Source of the DNA: Batkoa obscura
Lineage: Eukaryota
DNA: 64,000 nt
Assembly (NCBI GenBank): GCA_030770535.1
Contig: JASVEC010000010.1
Span: forward strand, 682,001-746,000
Direction: 5' to 3'
The position numbers were made by a program, and so were the translations under genes. Each line of letters begins with the position of its first letter. The stretch's first letter is position 1. The notes below the pieces were generated by a model. The model saw nothing but the letters and a program-made list of their open reading frames with translations, ran no database searches and was not told the DNA's origin. Positions 38,340 to 51,537 of the stretch are shown here, piece after piece.

Positions 38340-38693
38340 ATGAATAAATTAATCATCAATCTTGCTATCCTTTCTTTTATTACCGCTGCTCCTACTTTAG
38401 TTAAACGTGAAGCGGAAGGACTTGGTTTAGGTTTAAGTTTAGGCTTAGGTTTGAGCTTAGGGGGTGGTAAGCATGGACCAAGCTCAGGGTCTAGTTATGG
38501 CTCAGGTTCAGGATCTGATTACGGCTCAGGCTCAGGATCTAGTTACGGCTCAAATTCCAGCCATACTTCAGGTCATGGATCTAGTCATGGTGATTTAGGA
38601 GTAGGAGTAGGAGTAGGAGCTAGTTTAGGCTCGGGAGCTGGAAAAGAAGGACTTGGATTAGGGCTTGGAGCCGGTGTTGGACTTGATCTCTAA
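38340..38693 (+). CDS. Secreted Gly-rich (GL)n repeat protein 7 with Kex2 site
   Basis: Signal peptide, APTLVKR-EAE-GLGLGLSLG, C-terminus GLGAGVGLDL as in protein 2. Confidence 0.9.
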   Translation: MNKLIINLAILSFITAAPTLVKREAEGLGLGLSLGLGLSLGGGKHGPSSGSSYGSGSGSDYGSGSGSSYGSNSSHTSGHGSSHGDLGVGVGVGASLGSGAGKEGLGLGLGAGVGLDL

Positions 38694-38882
38694 ATTATTA
38701 GCATTTGATTTATTGTTTATAGCTAACTAATTTTTAATTCTATGAAAATAAAATTTATCTCTATTTTATCGATGTTTAAATGATATTCTATTGATTATTT
38801 ATTCGGTAAAATCTATGTCAATATCAATAATTAGTAGTGTTGCAAATTAGACATCTAATTTAAATTCACTAATTTACGGTGT

Positions 38883-38977
38883 GGAGTTGTTTTTTGGCTT
38901 CATACTTTTTCCATTTTTTTAAGCGCTATTTGAGTGAAAAATCATTAATAAAATTCTTAAACAAAAAATACGTCCCT
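38883..38977 (-). mobile_element. GGGG-MITE copy upstream of Maf
   Basis: Consensus interior, eroded termini. Confidence 0.8.
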
Positions 38978-39056
38978 ATATCGATCTGCTATTGAAATCC
39001 CAAGCATCAAATTTGAACTCGAAATTTCCTTTAAAATTTTTAACCAAAAAACTCCA

Positions 39057-39944
39057 ATGATTTATTCCATCTACCCAGGACTCAAAGACTATACGATAGT
39101 ATTAGCCTCCTCCTCACCAAGAAGAAAAGAATTATTAGAAAAAATTGTAATCAAAAATTAAATTTATTCTATTGCTTTAGCTAATTAATTTATTTGTCAA
39201 AAGGGTTTAGAGTTTCAAGTAAAAGCTTCCAATTTCGCTGAAGATTTAAACAAATCCAATTACTCTCCCATCGACTATTGTCAAAAAACAGCTTATTTAA
39301 AGACATTGGATGTATATGACAGGATTAAAGTAATATCATCAAAGCAATCAATTAACGTTGTTCTAAAAAATTAATAATAACTATTACTATAGAAAGATAT
39401 AACAAAACCATTAATCATCATAGGGAGTGACACTGTTATATTAAAAGATGATAAGATATTAGAAAAACCAAAAGATAAATCAAATGCTTTAACAATGCTT
39501 ACTTCACTTTCAGGGAGTACACATCAAGTGATTACGTGTCTTTGTTTAATTGTGAGAGAAGATTCTGAATTTGAGGAAATTAAAGAATATCAAAAGATCA
39601 ATAAAACAGAGGTGAATTTTGATTGCATTGATGAAAAGGAGATAACAGCCTATATCAGTACCGAAGATCCGTTGTAAGTGTTTATTTTTATTTATAGTAT
39701 TTTTTATATAAGTATAAAACTAATTTGTAATTAAATTTAAAAAGAGATAAAGCAGGTGGATATGGGATTCAAGGTCCAGCTTCTATTTTTATTAAAGAAA
39801 TTAAAGGAGATTATTATGGTGTGGTAAGTAATTTTTTATGTATTTTTTAATATGATATTGAGATGTTTATGTTTTTTTGTGTGATAGATGGGGTTTCCGT
39901 TAAACACGTTTTATACTATGCTGAAGGAAGTGTTCAAAAAATAA
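39057..39944 (+). CDS. Maf-family nucleoside-triphosphate pyrophosphatase (ASMTL N-terminal-like), five exons
   Basis: [51 protein letters not shown] joined over GT-AG introns. Confidence 0.93.
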
Positions 39945-40378
39945 ATAAGAGGGTTATTATAATTGAGGATAAGTTATGAAGGTTATTGAAGTTGATGTTT
40001 TAGACAAAATGCTCTATAAAATAAAATATAATGGATTCAATAATGCATCATATGTAAATGTTTTTAATGTTAATGGATTAATACAATAGTCTTTTGAAAT
40101 TTTGTTGCTACATTGATAAAGGATAGAGCAATAAAACTAAGCTAATATTTGATTGATAGATATTTTAGTATTATTACGAATAAATAATTTTTTTAAAATA
40201 ATGTTAAGGTCAATAAATATTTTATTTTTATTTTGTTTTTTGCTTAGTCGTTCATTTCAATATTGAAAGCTTTTGATTAGCTGATATCCCAAATAACAGA
40301 ATTTTAAAAAAATCGTAATTTCAAAACTCTAAAAGCTCAAAAAATTTGATTCATCTTTTACTTTTGACAATAAACAAA

Positions 40379-41420
40379 ATGATAAAATTTCCAGTAAATT
40401 TAATTAGGAATAAAATACTGGGTGGATCTTTAAAGGTAAATCCAATTTCCAATGTTAAATTGAATTTTCTTTCCAACACAAAATTGTTAAATGTAAAATC
40501 CACACTAGTAACACCAATTAAACCAAGTCAATTTATACAATCCAGATTCTACCGAGTATATAATCAACGCCCTCAAACTCTTACTAGCACCCTTAGAAAC
40601 CGTTTTCAAAATCCAGACGCCATCGCTTATACTATCATCGGCGCTAACGTCGTTGTATTTCTTATCATTCAACTATTATATTTAGAAAAAGATCAACGAA
40701 AGTTGATGAGATTAAAATACTGGGTCCATAATAACTTATGTATCTCCTATAATAATATTCAACAACATAGATATTGGACATTATTAACAAATGGCTTTTG
40801 TCATGAAAACTTCGGACATTTTTTAACGAATATCATTACATTATATTTTTTTACCTTTCCAGTAAGTTTATCTATTAGTTTATAACGGTTTGAATGGACG
40901 AGAAATTAATTTTGATATTATTTATAGGTATTACATTCCTTGGGTACTAAACGCTTTTTAACATTATATATTTGTTCTGGTCTATCAGCTTCCGTTTTAT
41001 TTTTAACATTTTTTAACAAAGAACCCACTTTAAGAAACCAAGAGAGATCTAAATATGTAACAAGTTTGGGGGTAAGCAAAGAAAATTCTGAGTTTAATAT
41101 ACACTGATATTAACGCTATCTTTAATTAGGCCTCTGGACATACAATGGGCTTACTAACTTATTTTGCTTTAAAATACCCCTTTGAACAAATCATCTTACT
41201 TTTTATACCAATGCCAGCAATTTTACTAGTTGGTGGTTATATAGTATATGATTTATTTTCGTTTAATACAAAAGAAAATACCATATTTGGTTTAAGAATC
41301 AATCATATTGGTCACCTTGGTGGAGCTTTAGCTGGAGCTTTAATGTTTCTTTGGACTAAAAGAATACCACCACAAATGAGATATGGAAGTAATAATTTAA
41401 AATGGCGTGGAAGAGAGTAA
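40379..41420 (+). CDS. Rhomboid intramembrane serine protease, probably mitochondrial (PCP1/PARL-like), three exons
   Basis: Basic presequence, RYWTLLT..F.H...H...N, catalytic GASG split by the second intron, HIGHLGGALAG. Confidence 0.9.
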
Positions 41421-41517
41421 AATAAAATTAATAATAATATTCTTTGTATTTTTATTTTAATAATATAATATAATTTTTATGATAATTTAATAGATAATTG
41501 TAAAATATAGAATTATT

Positions 41518-42313
41518 TTAACCAACAATTAAGAAGAAAACAAACAATAAACCATTTAAAATAGCAATTGGAGAACTCAAACTACCATTAGAAAATATAG
41601 AGGGTATCTTTGAACTTGTGGCTGTATTTGAAATTGAAGATTTCTTTTTACTGTGGTTATTATTGTCTTCTACAGTACAATTTTTGGAATTAGCACAACC
41701 AATTGAACAGGAAGCATTGGAACCACAACGTAATTGGCAACTTCTAATAGTTTCAGTACATGTAACAAATTCAGCTGGGAAAGTGTAATCTATTAAAAGT
41801 TAATAAATCTAAATATCATTTATAAAAAACAAATAACAAACTTACTTTTAGTACTTGGTTGTACCCCATTATTACAATAACAACGCCATTTAAAATCAGC
41901 TGTATTACATTCATTAACTACAGCAAATGATTGGATTTCTCCACATACATTATCACAAAAATTCGTTTGATTTTGACATGTTTCTTCACGTACACTATCT
42001 GAGATATCATCCTCTATTTGAAAATAAAATTAGTATGAATTATCATGTTATTTTATTGTTATTATGCTATTAGGTATATGGTCACATATATAGAGGCTAT
42101 GGTAATAAAATACTTACTTTGTATTGATCCAGTAGGTTGATGATAAGTAGCTAAATCCGAAGGTTCCAAAGTAGGACTTGGAGTCAATGGAATTGGATTA
42201 GTATTTGATACTACTGGACTTGTTACAGGTACTTTATTTACTACCGTATTATTGGTTTTTGATGTAATGCTTAAAGCGAAATAAAAAGATAAAAATATTA
42301 TGTTGAATTGCAT
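41518..42313 (-). CDS. Secreted Cys-rich, probably GPI-anchored surface protein, three exons
   Basis: Signal peptide, Pro/Thr linker, spliced exons give CQNQTNFCDNVC...C...WRCYC...YTFPAEFVTC...CQLRC...C...C...C, Ser-rich spacer and hydrophobic tail ending FFLIVG-TAA. Confidence 0.8.
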
Positions 42314-42850
42314 TAGTTTTTAGTTTTTAGTTGATTGAAAAAATAAATAAATAACCGAAGTTAGTTATCTTTTATATTAGTTTTTAGTTTGGAGTATATA
42401 GACGTTTCTCTTTCATTGACTTTTAATCTCGATAACATACCCATTTGAATCAAATTTTGGACCGTTGTAATATTAAATTTGACTTATTTCTGTTTAATTG
42501 CTAGGATTAGTCAAAAAAATTATGGATTAGCCCAAAATAATTTCAAAAATAACATACTTGAAATTTAACATTCAAGGTTAGAAAAAATAAAAATAAAAAA
42601 ACATAATAAATAAAAAACCTATTTTTTATAAGTAATCAATTTAAAAAGTTATAAATTTAGTAACCCCGTTGAGGAAAAACAATTTTGAAAACATGCAAAA
42701 GTAAAAGTGGTAATTTTAAGATTGAGAGGAAAGGAGGAGTAGGGAGATGAAGAGATCCGTTGAGTATCTCTACTATATTACAGGTAAAAAGGGAAACAAG
42801 TTTTATCTTAGAAATTAATATAAAATAAAACTTACTACGTGTTCACCTTT

Positions 42851-44152
42851 TTAATAACGGTAATGGTTTGGCTTGAATGGACCTTCTGGTTTAATACCAA
42901 GGTATTCTGATTGAGCATTATTAAGTTGAGTTAATTTAACACCTAATTTGGAAAGATGAGCACGAGCTACTTCTTCATCAAGATGTTTTGGAAGCATATG
43001 AACACCTAATGGATAAGAAGCATTATCAGTCCAGAGGGCAATTTGAGCAAGTACTTGATTAGAGAAAGAATTGGACATAACAAAAGATGGATGACCAGTA
43101 GCACAAGCTAAATTAACAAGACGACCTTCAGCTAATAAAATAATATGACGACCTGATGGCATAGTATATCTATCAACTTGTGGTTTAATGTTTTCTACTG
43201 ATTTGGCATTAGCTTTTAACCAAGCAACATCGATTTCAACATCAAAATGACCAATGTTACATACAATGGAATCATCTTTCATTTTTAACATATGTTCACC
43301 AGTGATAATATCTCTGTTACCAGTGGTAGTGACGAAAATATTGGCTTCATCTACAGAAGCATCTAAAGTAGTAACTTCATAACCTTCCATGGAAGCTTGT
43401 AAAGCATTAATTGGATCAATTTCAGTAACAATAACACGAGCACCCATACCGCGTAAAGCAGCAGCACAACCCTTACCTACGTCACCATAACCAGCAACAA
43501 TAGCTACTTTACCAGCAATCATAACATCAGTGGCACGTTTAATACCATCAATTAAAGATTCACGACAACCGTATAAGTTATCGAATTTGGATTTGGTAAC
43601 AGAATCATTAACGTTAATAGCAGGAATTCTAAGTTTACCTTCTTTAAGAGCAGTATAAAGATGGTGAACACCAGTAGTAGTTTCTTCAGATACACCTTTG
43701 CATCCTTCAAGATATTGTGGATATTTATCGTGAATGAGCTTAGTTAAATCACCCCCATCATCTAAGATAAGATTGAAGTGCTTACCATCCTTGAAAGAGG
43801 CAAGGGTTTGTTCAATACACCAAATATATTCTTCATCGGTTTCACCTTTCCAAGCGAAAACTGGTACGCCGGTAGCAGCAATAGCAGCAGCAGCATGATC
43901 TTGAGTAGAGAAAATATTACAGGAGGACCAAGTGACTTCAGCACCAAGAGCAGTTAAAGTTTCAATTAAGACAGCAGTTTGAATGGTCATATGTAAACAT
44001 CCTACAATACGAGCACCAGCTAATGGTTGGCTTTTACCGAATTTTTCACGGAGATACATGAGACCAGGCATCTCATTTTCAGCTAATTCAATTTCTTTAC
44101 GACCGAAAGCGGCGAGGGAGATATCAGCAACTTTATAGTTTTGGGTAGCCAT
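42851..44152 (-). CDS. SAH1: S-adenosyl-L-homocysteine hydrolase
   Basis: [51 protein letters not shown]. Confidence 0.99.
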   Translation of the reverse strand: MATQNYKVADISLAAFGRKEIELAENEMPGLMYLREKFGKSQPLAGARIVGCLHMTIQTAVLIETLTALGAEVTWSSCNIFSTQDHAAAAIAATGVPVFAWKGETDEEYIWCIEQTLASFKDGKHFNLILDDGGDLTKLIHDKYPQYLEGCKGVSEETTTGVHHLYTALKEGKLRIPAINVNDSVTKSKFDNLYGCRESLIDGIKRATDVMIAGKVAIVAGYGDVGKGCAAALRGMGARVIVTEIDPINALQASMEGYEVTTLDASVDEANIFVTTTGNRDIITGEHMLKMKDDSIVCNIGHFDVEIDVAWLKANAKSVENIKPQVDRYTMPSGRHIILLAEGRLVNLACATGHPSFVMSNSFSNQVLAQIALWTDNASYPLGVHMLPKHLDEEVARAHLSKLGVKLTQLNNAQSEYLGIKPEGPFKPNHYRY

Positions 44153-44951
44153 TTTTTATATTTGGGTTTTCTTTTTCGAAAAAAGTAAGCTTGATATTTC
44201 ATCCTAAAGCTTTATATACCTATGATTGTAAGAATTTCAATATTAGTTATTAATTCGATTTATTTTTTAATACTTAAGCAACACTATTGGTTTTGATAGA
44301 GAGTTATTCTTATCCTTGAGTTGTTATTGGTTTAATAACTACAAAACTTAATCCCCATAGTTCATTTTTGATAGAATTTTTTTGAAGTTTCAGATAGTAT
44401 CCAATCAAATGTAAGCTATCAATAATCCCTTATTATTCTTTAAAAAATATCCTTGCTAAATTTTTAACCATTGAATTTCAACCAATGAAATTTAGTTTGC
44501 TGTAAGTTGTAATTGTATGAATTTATTTAATGAAATTTACTATTCTTAATATGAAAATCGAATTATTAATCAAACGTGGTTCAAATATTAAATGTTATTG
44601 ATTAATATCGAAAGTTAATATTTTGTTGATAGTTCTTTTTATGATTATTACGTGTAAATAAAAAATTTGTTACTAAATTGGAGGCGTAGAGTATTTAATT
44701 AGATATTTTAATATAATGCTATTTAAAAACAATCTTAGTGTTTTGATTGGAAAAAATTGGAAAGTTATTAGTTGCAATAGAAAGCATTTTTTATTACTAA
44801 AAATAATAATTATTTCGACATAGAATTCACTAATGTTGCAATCGGTTATCTTCACAGTAATTGTTTTTTTTTAATAGTGTGATTATTTTTGAAGCCATTT
44901 TATATGGATTATTATTTTGAATGAAATAATAACTTTCTTGATGTAACATGT

Positions 44952-45048
44952 GGGGATGTATTTTTTTGTTTAAGAATTTTACTAATAATTCTTCTACTCA
45001 AATAGCGCTTAAAAATAGAAAAAGTGATGAAGCCAAAAAAACATCCCC
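44952..45048 (+). mobile_element. GGGG-MITE copy
   Basis: Full length; flanks ATGT/ATAT. Confidence 0.9.
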
Positions 45049-46644
45049 ATATCTTATTTTAATTAGATAAAGTAATTTTAAGTGACTATTACTACTACAA
45101 TGTTTGCTGTTATTTTTAGTAAGCACTATTATAATATGTATATTATATGGAAATTTATAAATATTAGATAATTCATTTATATAAAACAAAACAATAGCCA
45201 TTATTTAATATCAGTTTATTTTTCATAATATATATCAAATCTAAGCTGGTTATCACTATCTTTATACTTAATTTTTTACCATATGCAAATAAGAGTCAAA
45301 TATTAAATATACATGTATTAATTTTTATATTATATTGATTTTAAAAAAGCAAGTTTTATTATTGAATTCAACAATTACCTAATGCTCAATAATTCTAGCC
45401 TCACTTAGAAGATAGTTTTATTTTAGTTTTATTAAAAATAATAAACTGTCAAAATTAATATGGTTAAAAGTGTCAAAAGATATTGATGTAAAAATAAAGC
45501 GGAAATATCTAAAAAGTTTGGCATTTAATAATTAGAGAACAATCAACTTATGACTATTATAGTATAAATAATATAAAATATTTAATAGTTCAATAAAAAA
45601 GCAATAATAGGTAATACTTTTAAAGCTTAATGTTGATTAAACTTAACCCAAATATCTGTAATAGTTTATAAACAACTTGTAATATAACAACTTTAGATAA
45701 CATCAAATCAAATATGATCAAATTATAATAAAGCTGTTAAAACTGTAATATACTAGTATGATTATAAAATACTACGATTAATTTTGTGATAACAATATCA
45801 AATTAATTATTATTCTGTTAGTATTTAGCGCTTGAGGTGAAAGTAACTTATTGAACTGGAGTGCAAGAGAGAGCAGTTGTCTGACTTCAATTCTCTAGAT
45901 AGATTTGTGCCAAAACTAAGTTTGAGATTGATCAGTTCTGTTGTACTTAATTAAATAGTAGTTTCTTTAGAAATGAAAGCTGGAATCTCGACTATTCTTC
46001 CTTCTTTTACTTGTTCTTTACCCAATTAAAAACTTATCATAGGTCTTACTTTTAAAGCTAAAGTTAGGATAAATTAGAATTGAAATATATCAACTTGGTT
46101 TATTTTTTGATGCATTCTAAATTCAATTATTAAATGGGCATTGCTTGTATATGAAGATAATGTCAAGGTCTTGAGCGTGATTTATAATCTACTTCATTTA
46201 AAGGGTAGTAAAAGTAGTGTATAATTGAATTAGATAATAACCTTAAGTCAATACAATATAAAACCCACTATTTACCAAATTTTATTTTAACCTCTCTTAT
46301 ATCATCAATTGTTTTTAGTAGTCCATTACGTTTTTACTTTAAATTTTTTTTATAAATAAGATGTAGTTGGGTCTTAAATAGTAATTAAGTTTGAATAGTG
46401 CTGCATTTTACTATATTAGAAGCCCATTGTTATAGGTCAACACTTCTTTTTTGCGCTATCTGAAAGTTTATTGGAATGTTAACAATTGAAATGAAGATAA
46501 ACTAGTATAAAGTTTCCTCTTGTTTATGATACTTCTTTAGAATAATAATAGAGGATTAAGAATCACATAACATAACTGATAAATGCAAAGTGAGTTATTG
46601 TCAAATAAATGAGATGATATAATAATGGACAAAAAATAAAAAAT

Positions 46645-46719
46645 GGGGATGTATTTTTGTATTTAAGAATTTTACTAACAATTTTTCCACTCAAGTAGTG
46701 AAGTCAAAAAAACATCTCC
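46645..46719 (+). mobile_element. GGGG-MITE copy with internal deletion
   Basis: Both termini present, about 20 bp of the right half missing; flanks AAAT/AAGT. Confidence 0.85.
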
Positions 46720-47973
46720 AAGTAATACTCTATTAAAATACACTTTTTCTCAAAATTTGATAATTAATATGGTAACCCAAACGGTTAATAAATTTACTAT
46801 TGTGTTACATAAGTGGTTGATTAAAATGAGCAGAGTTTATTATATAAGAGTAGATCCTTGTTTAATTTATTTTGATTAACATCAAATTACTTATTTTAAA
46901 GACATTGATTGTTATTCACGTATATTTTAATAATAGAATAATTACAAAAACATATATCAAAATAACAATTCAAATTATTAAGACATTCCATTTAGATGAA
47001 TTTTGTTGGTAGTTGAATCAATAATCTGTATTTTAGAATATGTGTTTTATTATGTTGTATTTAAATAAAATGTATAAAAAAGATGATTTAAAATCATTTT
47101 CTAATTATATCTTTGTATTCAAAATTAGAGCTTAAAGCTTGTTACATTTAAACGCCACTTATTATCTTTAAATTTCCTGATAATCTTTTTTATACAAGTC
47201 AGGAACCATCATCCTTTGTAAGACTATTAACTTCATGTAAAAATTTTTAGTAGCAAACTAAAAGAAATCACTTTAAGCTAAAAGATGAAAATTACACTAT
47301 ACAAAGTTATAAGTTCAATAGGAATTTTTGCAAAAGTAATCATATAAAGCTAGTAAGCTAATCCAATGTATATCCCCAGCTTTGCCTATTATTAAATAGT
47401 TAGCTCTCAGAAAACTCGCTTTAATACCAAATGATATGACTATAGAAGTGTTTTCATTATAATCATGGGTATTCTGATTAATTACTGATTATCGAAATTG
47501 TTAACTTCACTATCAACTACCCAGCTCCAGCCCACTCAATGAACTGTATTTTTATTTTGGTATGCCTAGTAAATTTTAACTTAAAATTAATAATTATAGG
47601 AGCTATCATCTACGAATTAGTTATCATTTTATTATAGTTGACCAATTATTCTAAAATTTCCTTAATTTTGAATATAAATATAAAAATTAAATAAAACAAA
47701 TTAAAACAATATTTTTTGGTTAAGGTTTATAATATATAAAAAGCAGACAGTTTTTTTATAGTTTCTAAATTTTAACTTAAATTATACTGTTTTTAATCAA
47801 TTAAATTGATATTTTTTTGAAATTGTTTTTATCAAAATCAGTCGTATGACAGAAATTTATATAAATGTAATTTTAAAAAAATATTGATATATTTTCCAAT
47901 AGTAGTGTATTAACTTATTAAAAGTACATATTGTATATTTGTAGAATGATAGTTATTTGGAAATTATATATAT

Positions 47974-48108
47974 GGAGATGTTTTTTTCTACTTCATTACT
48001 TTTTCTATCTTTTAAGTGCTATTTGAGTGGAAAATTTTACTAACAAATTTTCCACTCAAATAGCACTTAAAAGATAGAAAAAGTAATGAAGTAGAAAAAA
48101 ACACTCCC
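47974..48108. mobile_element. GGGG-MITE fold-back derivative (right arm duplicated in inverted orientation)
   Basis: Perfect 59-bp inverted repeat 47979-48037 / 48045-48103 with loop TACTAAC; extra CCCCATAT to 48120. Confidence 0.92.
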
Positions 48109-48846
48109 ATATCCCCATATGTCATGTATATATATAAAGTTTGAGTTTTAAAAAAACACTCAACTTAAGCAGCTATATAAGCTAATTATTAAAGTAGAGA
48201 ATTTAATATTAAAAAAATAAATAGTCTTTACTTTAGTTTATAGTAATTAATAGTTAAATAAATAAATTAAATAAAAATAATAAAAATGACAAAATAAATG
48301 TTTTTATACGCTGATTTTTGTTGTTACTAATATATTTAAAAGTTTTATGCAAGCTGATAAAAAAACGTAATTTTAATCAAAAACAAAATTTTCAAACAAA
48401 AAAAATATATCTTTATTTATCAAATATTTTTTTGATATTTTGCATTTTTTTTTAATAAGCTATTGCAGATTTTCCTAACTTTTAGCTTTTTATAATTAAT
48501 ATAAAATAATCAGACTTTAAGTATTAAATATTATAAAACCTGTGTTTATAGTAATATTCATTTGTAAAGAAACTATTATTAGTAATTTAAATTTAAACTT
48601 AATAACAAGTATTTAAAAAATTGTAATATAATTTAAATATTTTAAGTCCATAATAAAAGATACAAAAATATATCCCCTATATTAAACAGTTAAATAGTTT
48701 TGCAAAAATTTCAAAAATTATTAAGATATTTAAATGAAATTTATAATAACTTATAAAAACATCAATCCCGTTTGTAGTATTAAATAATAAAGGTCTATTA
48801 ACAAGTCTATAATTAAGCCATTATAAATATTGAATGAATCAAATAT

Positions 48847-48942
48847 GGGGATGTGTTTTTTTATTTAAGAATTTTACTACAATCTTTCCACTCAAATAGC
48901 GCTTAAAAAATGGAAAAATAATGTAACTAAAAAAACAGCCCT
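48847..48942 (+). mobile_element. GGGG-MITE copy
   Basis: ATAT flanks. Confidence 0.85.
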
Positions 48943-49080
48943 ATATACTAAAAATATTAAAGTAACTAAATTAAATTTAGTAAAAATTTTAAGTCCTATC
49001 AAAAGGGATATGGTTGTCTTGATGAATCTCCAAAATCAATTCATTAACTGAACTCACTCTTTTCATCTAAACTCAAAAAA

Positions 49081-49780
49081 ATGTTATTACAACCTTTAAA
49101 AACGATAGTAAGACAAACCATACTCTTAAGTCAATTTAAAAAGTTATATCCTCTCCAACCATTACTAACCAATATTATCAAGAAGGTAATATTATTCTTA
49201 AAACTAACCTATTAACATAACTGACTAGCTTTTTTAGAATCTCTATCATTCTACCAACTTACAATTAAGAGATTTCTCTCATCCTCATAAAAAGCCAGCA
49301 ACCAAATACCTTGATGGGGACTGGACATGTGGTCGTTGTGGTAACCACAACTTTCGTAAAAGAACCAATTGTAACTCGTGCGATGCCCCTAAAGAAGCTT
49401 ATGAAGGGGAATCCCAAATGAAATTAATGCGAGGAGATTGGTTATGTGTTGAGTGTGATTTTCATAATTTTGCTTATCGTTCTTCTTGTATGAAATGTAA
49501 TGCTTTGGTTAGTGATGAAGGGTTGAGGAAAGCAGATGCAGAAATGGTCAAGAAAGGAGATTGGGAATGTAATGGGTGTGGTGCTATTAATTTTTCGTTT
49601 AGGAAAAGTTGTTTTAAATGTAAAGAAGAAAAGGTAGAAGAAAAGATAGAAGAAATCGAGGATATAGAAATTGAAAAAGAAGAAGTCAAGGAAAGCGAAG
49701 AGACGGAAGTAAAAGAAATAGAAGAAATTAAAGAGAGAGTGATAGAAACAGCGAATGAGAGTGAAAAGATAGAAAAATAA
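49081..49780 (+). CDS. Triple RanBP2-type zinc-finger protein; exons 49081-49185 and 49238-49780
   Basis: Three GDW-x-C-x2-C-x3-NF-x2-R-x2-C-x2-C units, acidic Glu-rich tail, basic amphipathic N-terminus. Confidence 0.85.
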
Positions 49781-49877
49781 ATTCAATAAAAACTATTTAA
49801 AAATAAAAATAAAATACAGATAACATCTATAAAATAAAATTTATTATATTTTTAAATTCTAATAATATTAATTTTAT

Positions 49878-50965
49878 TTAATATTTTTCACGAAATAAAC
49901 GTTGATGAATAATATTCCAATCTAAGGTATTTAAAAATTGATTTGTATATAATTTGACTTGATTTTCATGATCTAAAATATAACCGGATTGCCACATGTT
50001 TAAATTTAAAATTGGGATATAATATCCGGTTGGTTTGTCTTTAGATAATGTAAATGGTAATTTACTTAATAATTGCTCATTGATTTCAGTGCTTACTCCT
50101 TCAATGCTTTGTAAACGATTAGGTATTAATGGATTGCCTATATAATTTTTTATAGTTAGTCTTGTTTTTGTTGTTATTGTTAATTACAATACCTGAGTTG
50201 ATTGTATTAACAATCTTCAATTCACCCCTAGCGTCTTCAACTAACCTAAAATAGTTAATCGTTTTTTCAAATTTACTTAAAATAAAAACGTACCAAACCC
50301 AACCATTGCCAAATACACCTTCAGCAGCAGCCATAAACTAAAAGAATATAGTAAGTTTTGATTCAGCTCTATAACAAAGTTCAACTTACTTGAGATTGAA
50401 ATCCTTGTAAAGAACCAAAGTTAGCAATAAGCCTATTTTTTAAATCAGTTTTAATTGGGATTTGAGTTGGACTCTGTATAAATTTATAAATAAATATATG
50501 CTAAAATGTTAAAGATATCGTGCTGTAAACCTACCAAAGCTTGTAAAAAAAAGGACATATTCCATAATTGAGATGAATAATTAAAAATATTTGTATCATA
50601 ATATTGGCCACTACTTTTTACCATCGTTTGATATAAGTTTTCGCTCTCATATTTAGTACCTTTTGAGAATAATTAAAATTAAAATTAATTCTTAATAATA
50701 TGAACTTATTTTCTTACCTTCAGTAATATCATTTAATTTATCAGTTAATTGTTCCATTTCTTTAATTATATATTTCATTTGTGTTTTTGGATATAACTTA
50801 ATATTTTGTAACTCAGTCGAGATCGGGATTAAAGTATGTTTTTCTCTACAGAGAGTCTATAAACGAGTGGGTTAAACACATTAATAATAGTAATAAACAC
50901 AATGAGATTACTTGTGCTAATCCTTTAACACCCTTTCTTGAAATTAGTTGGAATCTTTGAAGCAT
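49878..50965 (-). CDS. Fe/Mn-SOD-fold protein lacking metal ligands, likely mitoribosomal mS42/mS43 (Rsm26/Mrp1-like), multi-exon
   Basis: IFNYSSQLWNMSFFLQAL, NFGSY, GVFGNGWVWLV, PILNLNMWQSGY, LDWN; the DxWEHAY ligand motif is absent; basic presequence. Confidence 0.8.
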
Positions 50966-51188
50966 ACTAAATGTTATATTCCGTATGAAATTAGTCTATT
51001 GTCGTATTTTTAAAATCAACTCAATTTTCTATTTTGAAAACTCACTTTTTTTGATAATTTCAAAAATCTTAAAAAATTTCGTTTTAATTGGTTTATTTAC
51101 TGAAAACCAATTCAATCCCATGAAATAAAGATAGCTTACATTTCACAATTAAATTTCAACAACTTGAATTATTTGAATTATTTGAAAA

Positions 51189-51537
51189 ATGGGTGGTAAT
51201 CAAGCTCCAGAATTAAAGAGGTAATAAATATCCCCATAGTACTTCAATGCTTCAAAACTAACCCATGTTTTTAAAGATATATGGACAAACGATTAATGGT
51301 CCATATGAACGCAAAACGTAAAGTTAGTGGTATATTAAGAGGATATGATCCATTTATGAATATTGTATTGGACGAGGCTAGTGAGCTTTTAGATAATAAT
51401 AGTTATGAGCCTATTGGCACTGTGGTAAATTTTAATTTGAGTTTTAGTTTTTAAGGGGAACTTGTTAATGAGTGTTTTTATAGGTAATAAGAGGAAATAG
51501 TATTGTTCTATTGGAAACTCAAGAAAGAGTACTTTAA
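51189..51537 (+). CDS. SMX2: Small nuclear ribonucleoprotein SmG, three exons
   Basis: APELKR-YMDKRL...RKVSGILRGYDPFMNIVLDE...IGTV-VIRGNSIVLLE. Confidence 0.95.

Noticed and set aside
21584..38693. Gly-rich genes as a RiPP cluster (proteusin, borosin or dikaritin type)
   Set aside because: No radical SAM, methyltransferase, DUF3328 or other tailoring gene is visible nearby.
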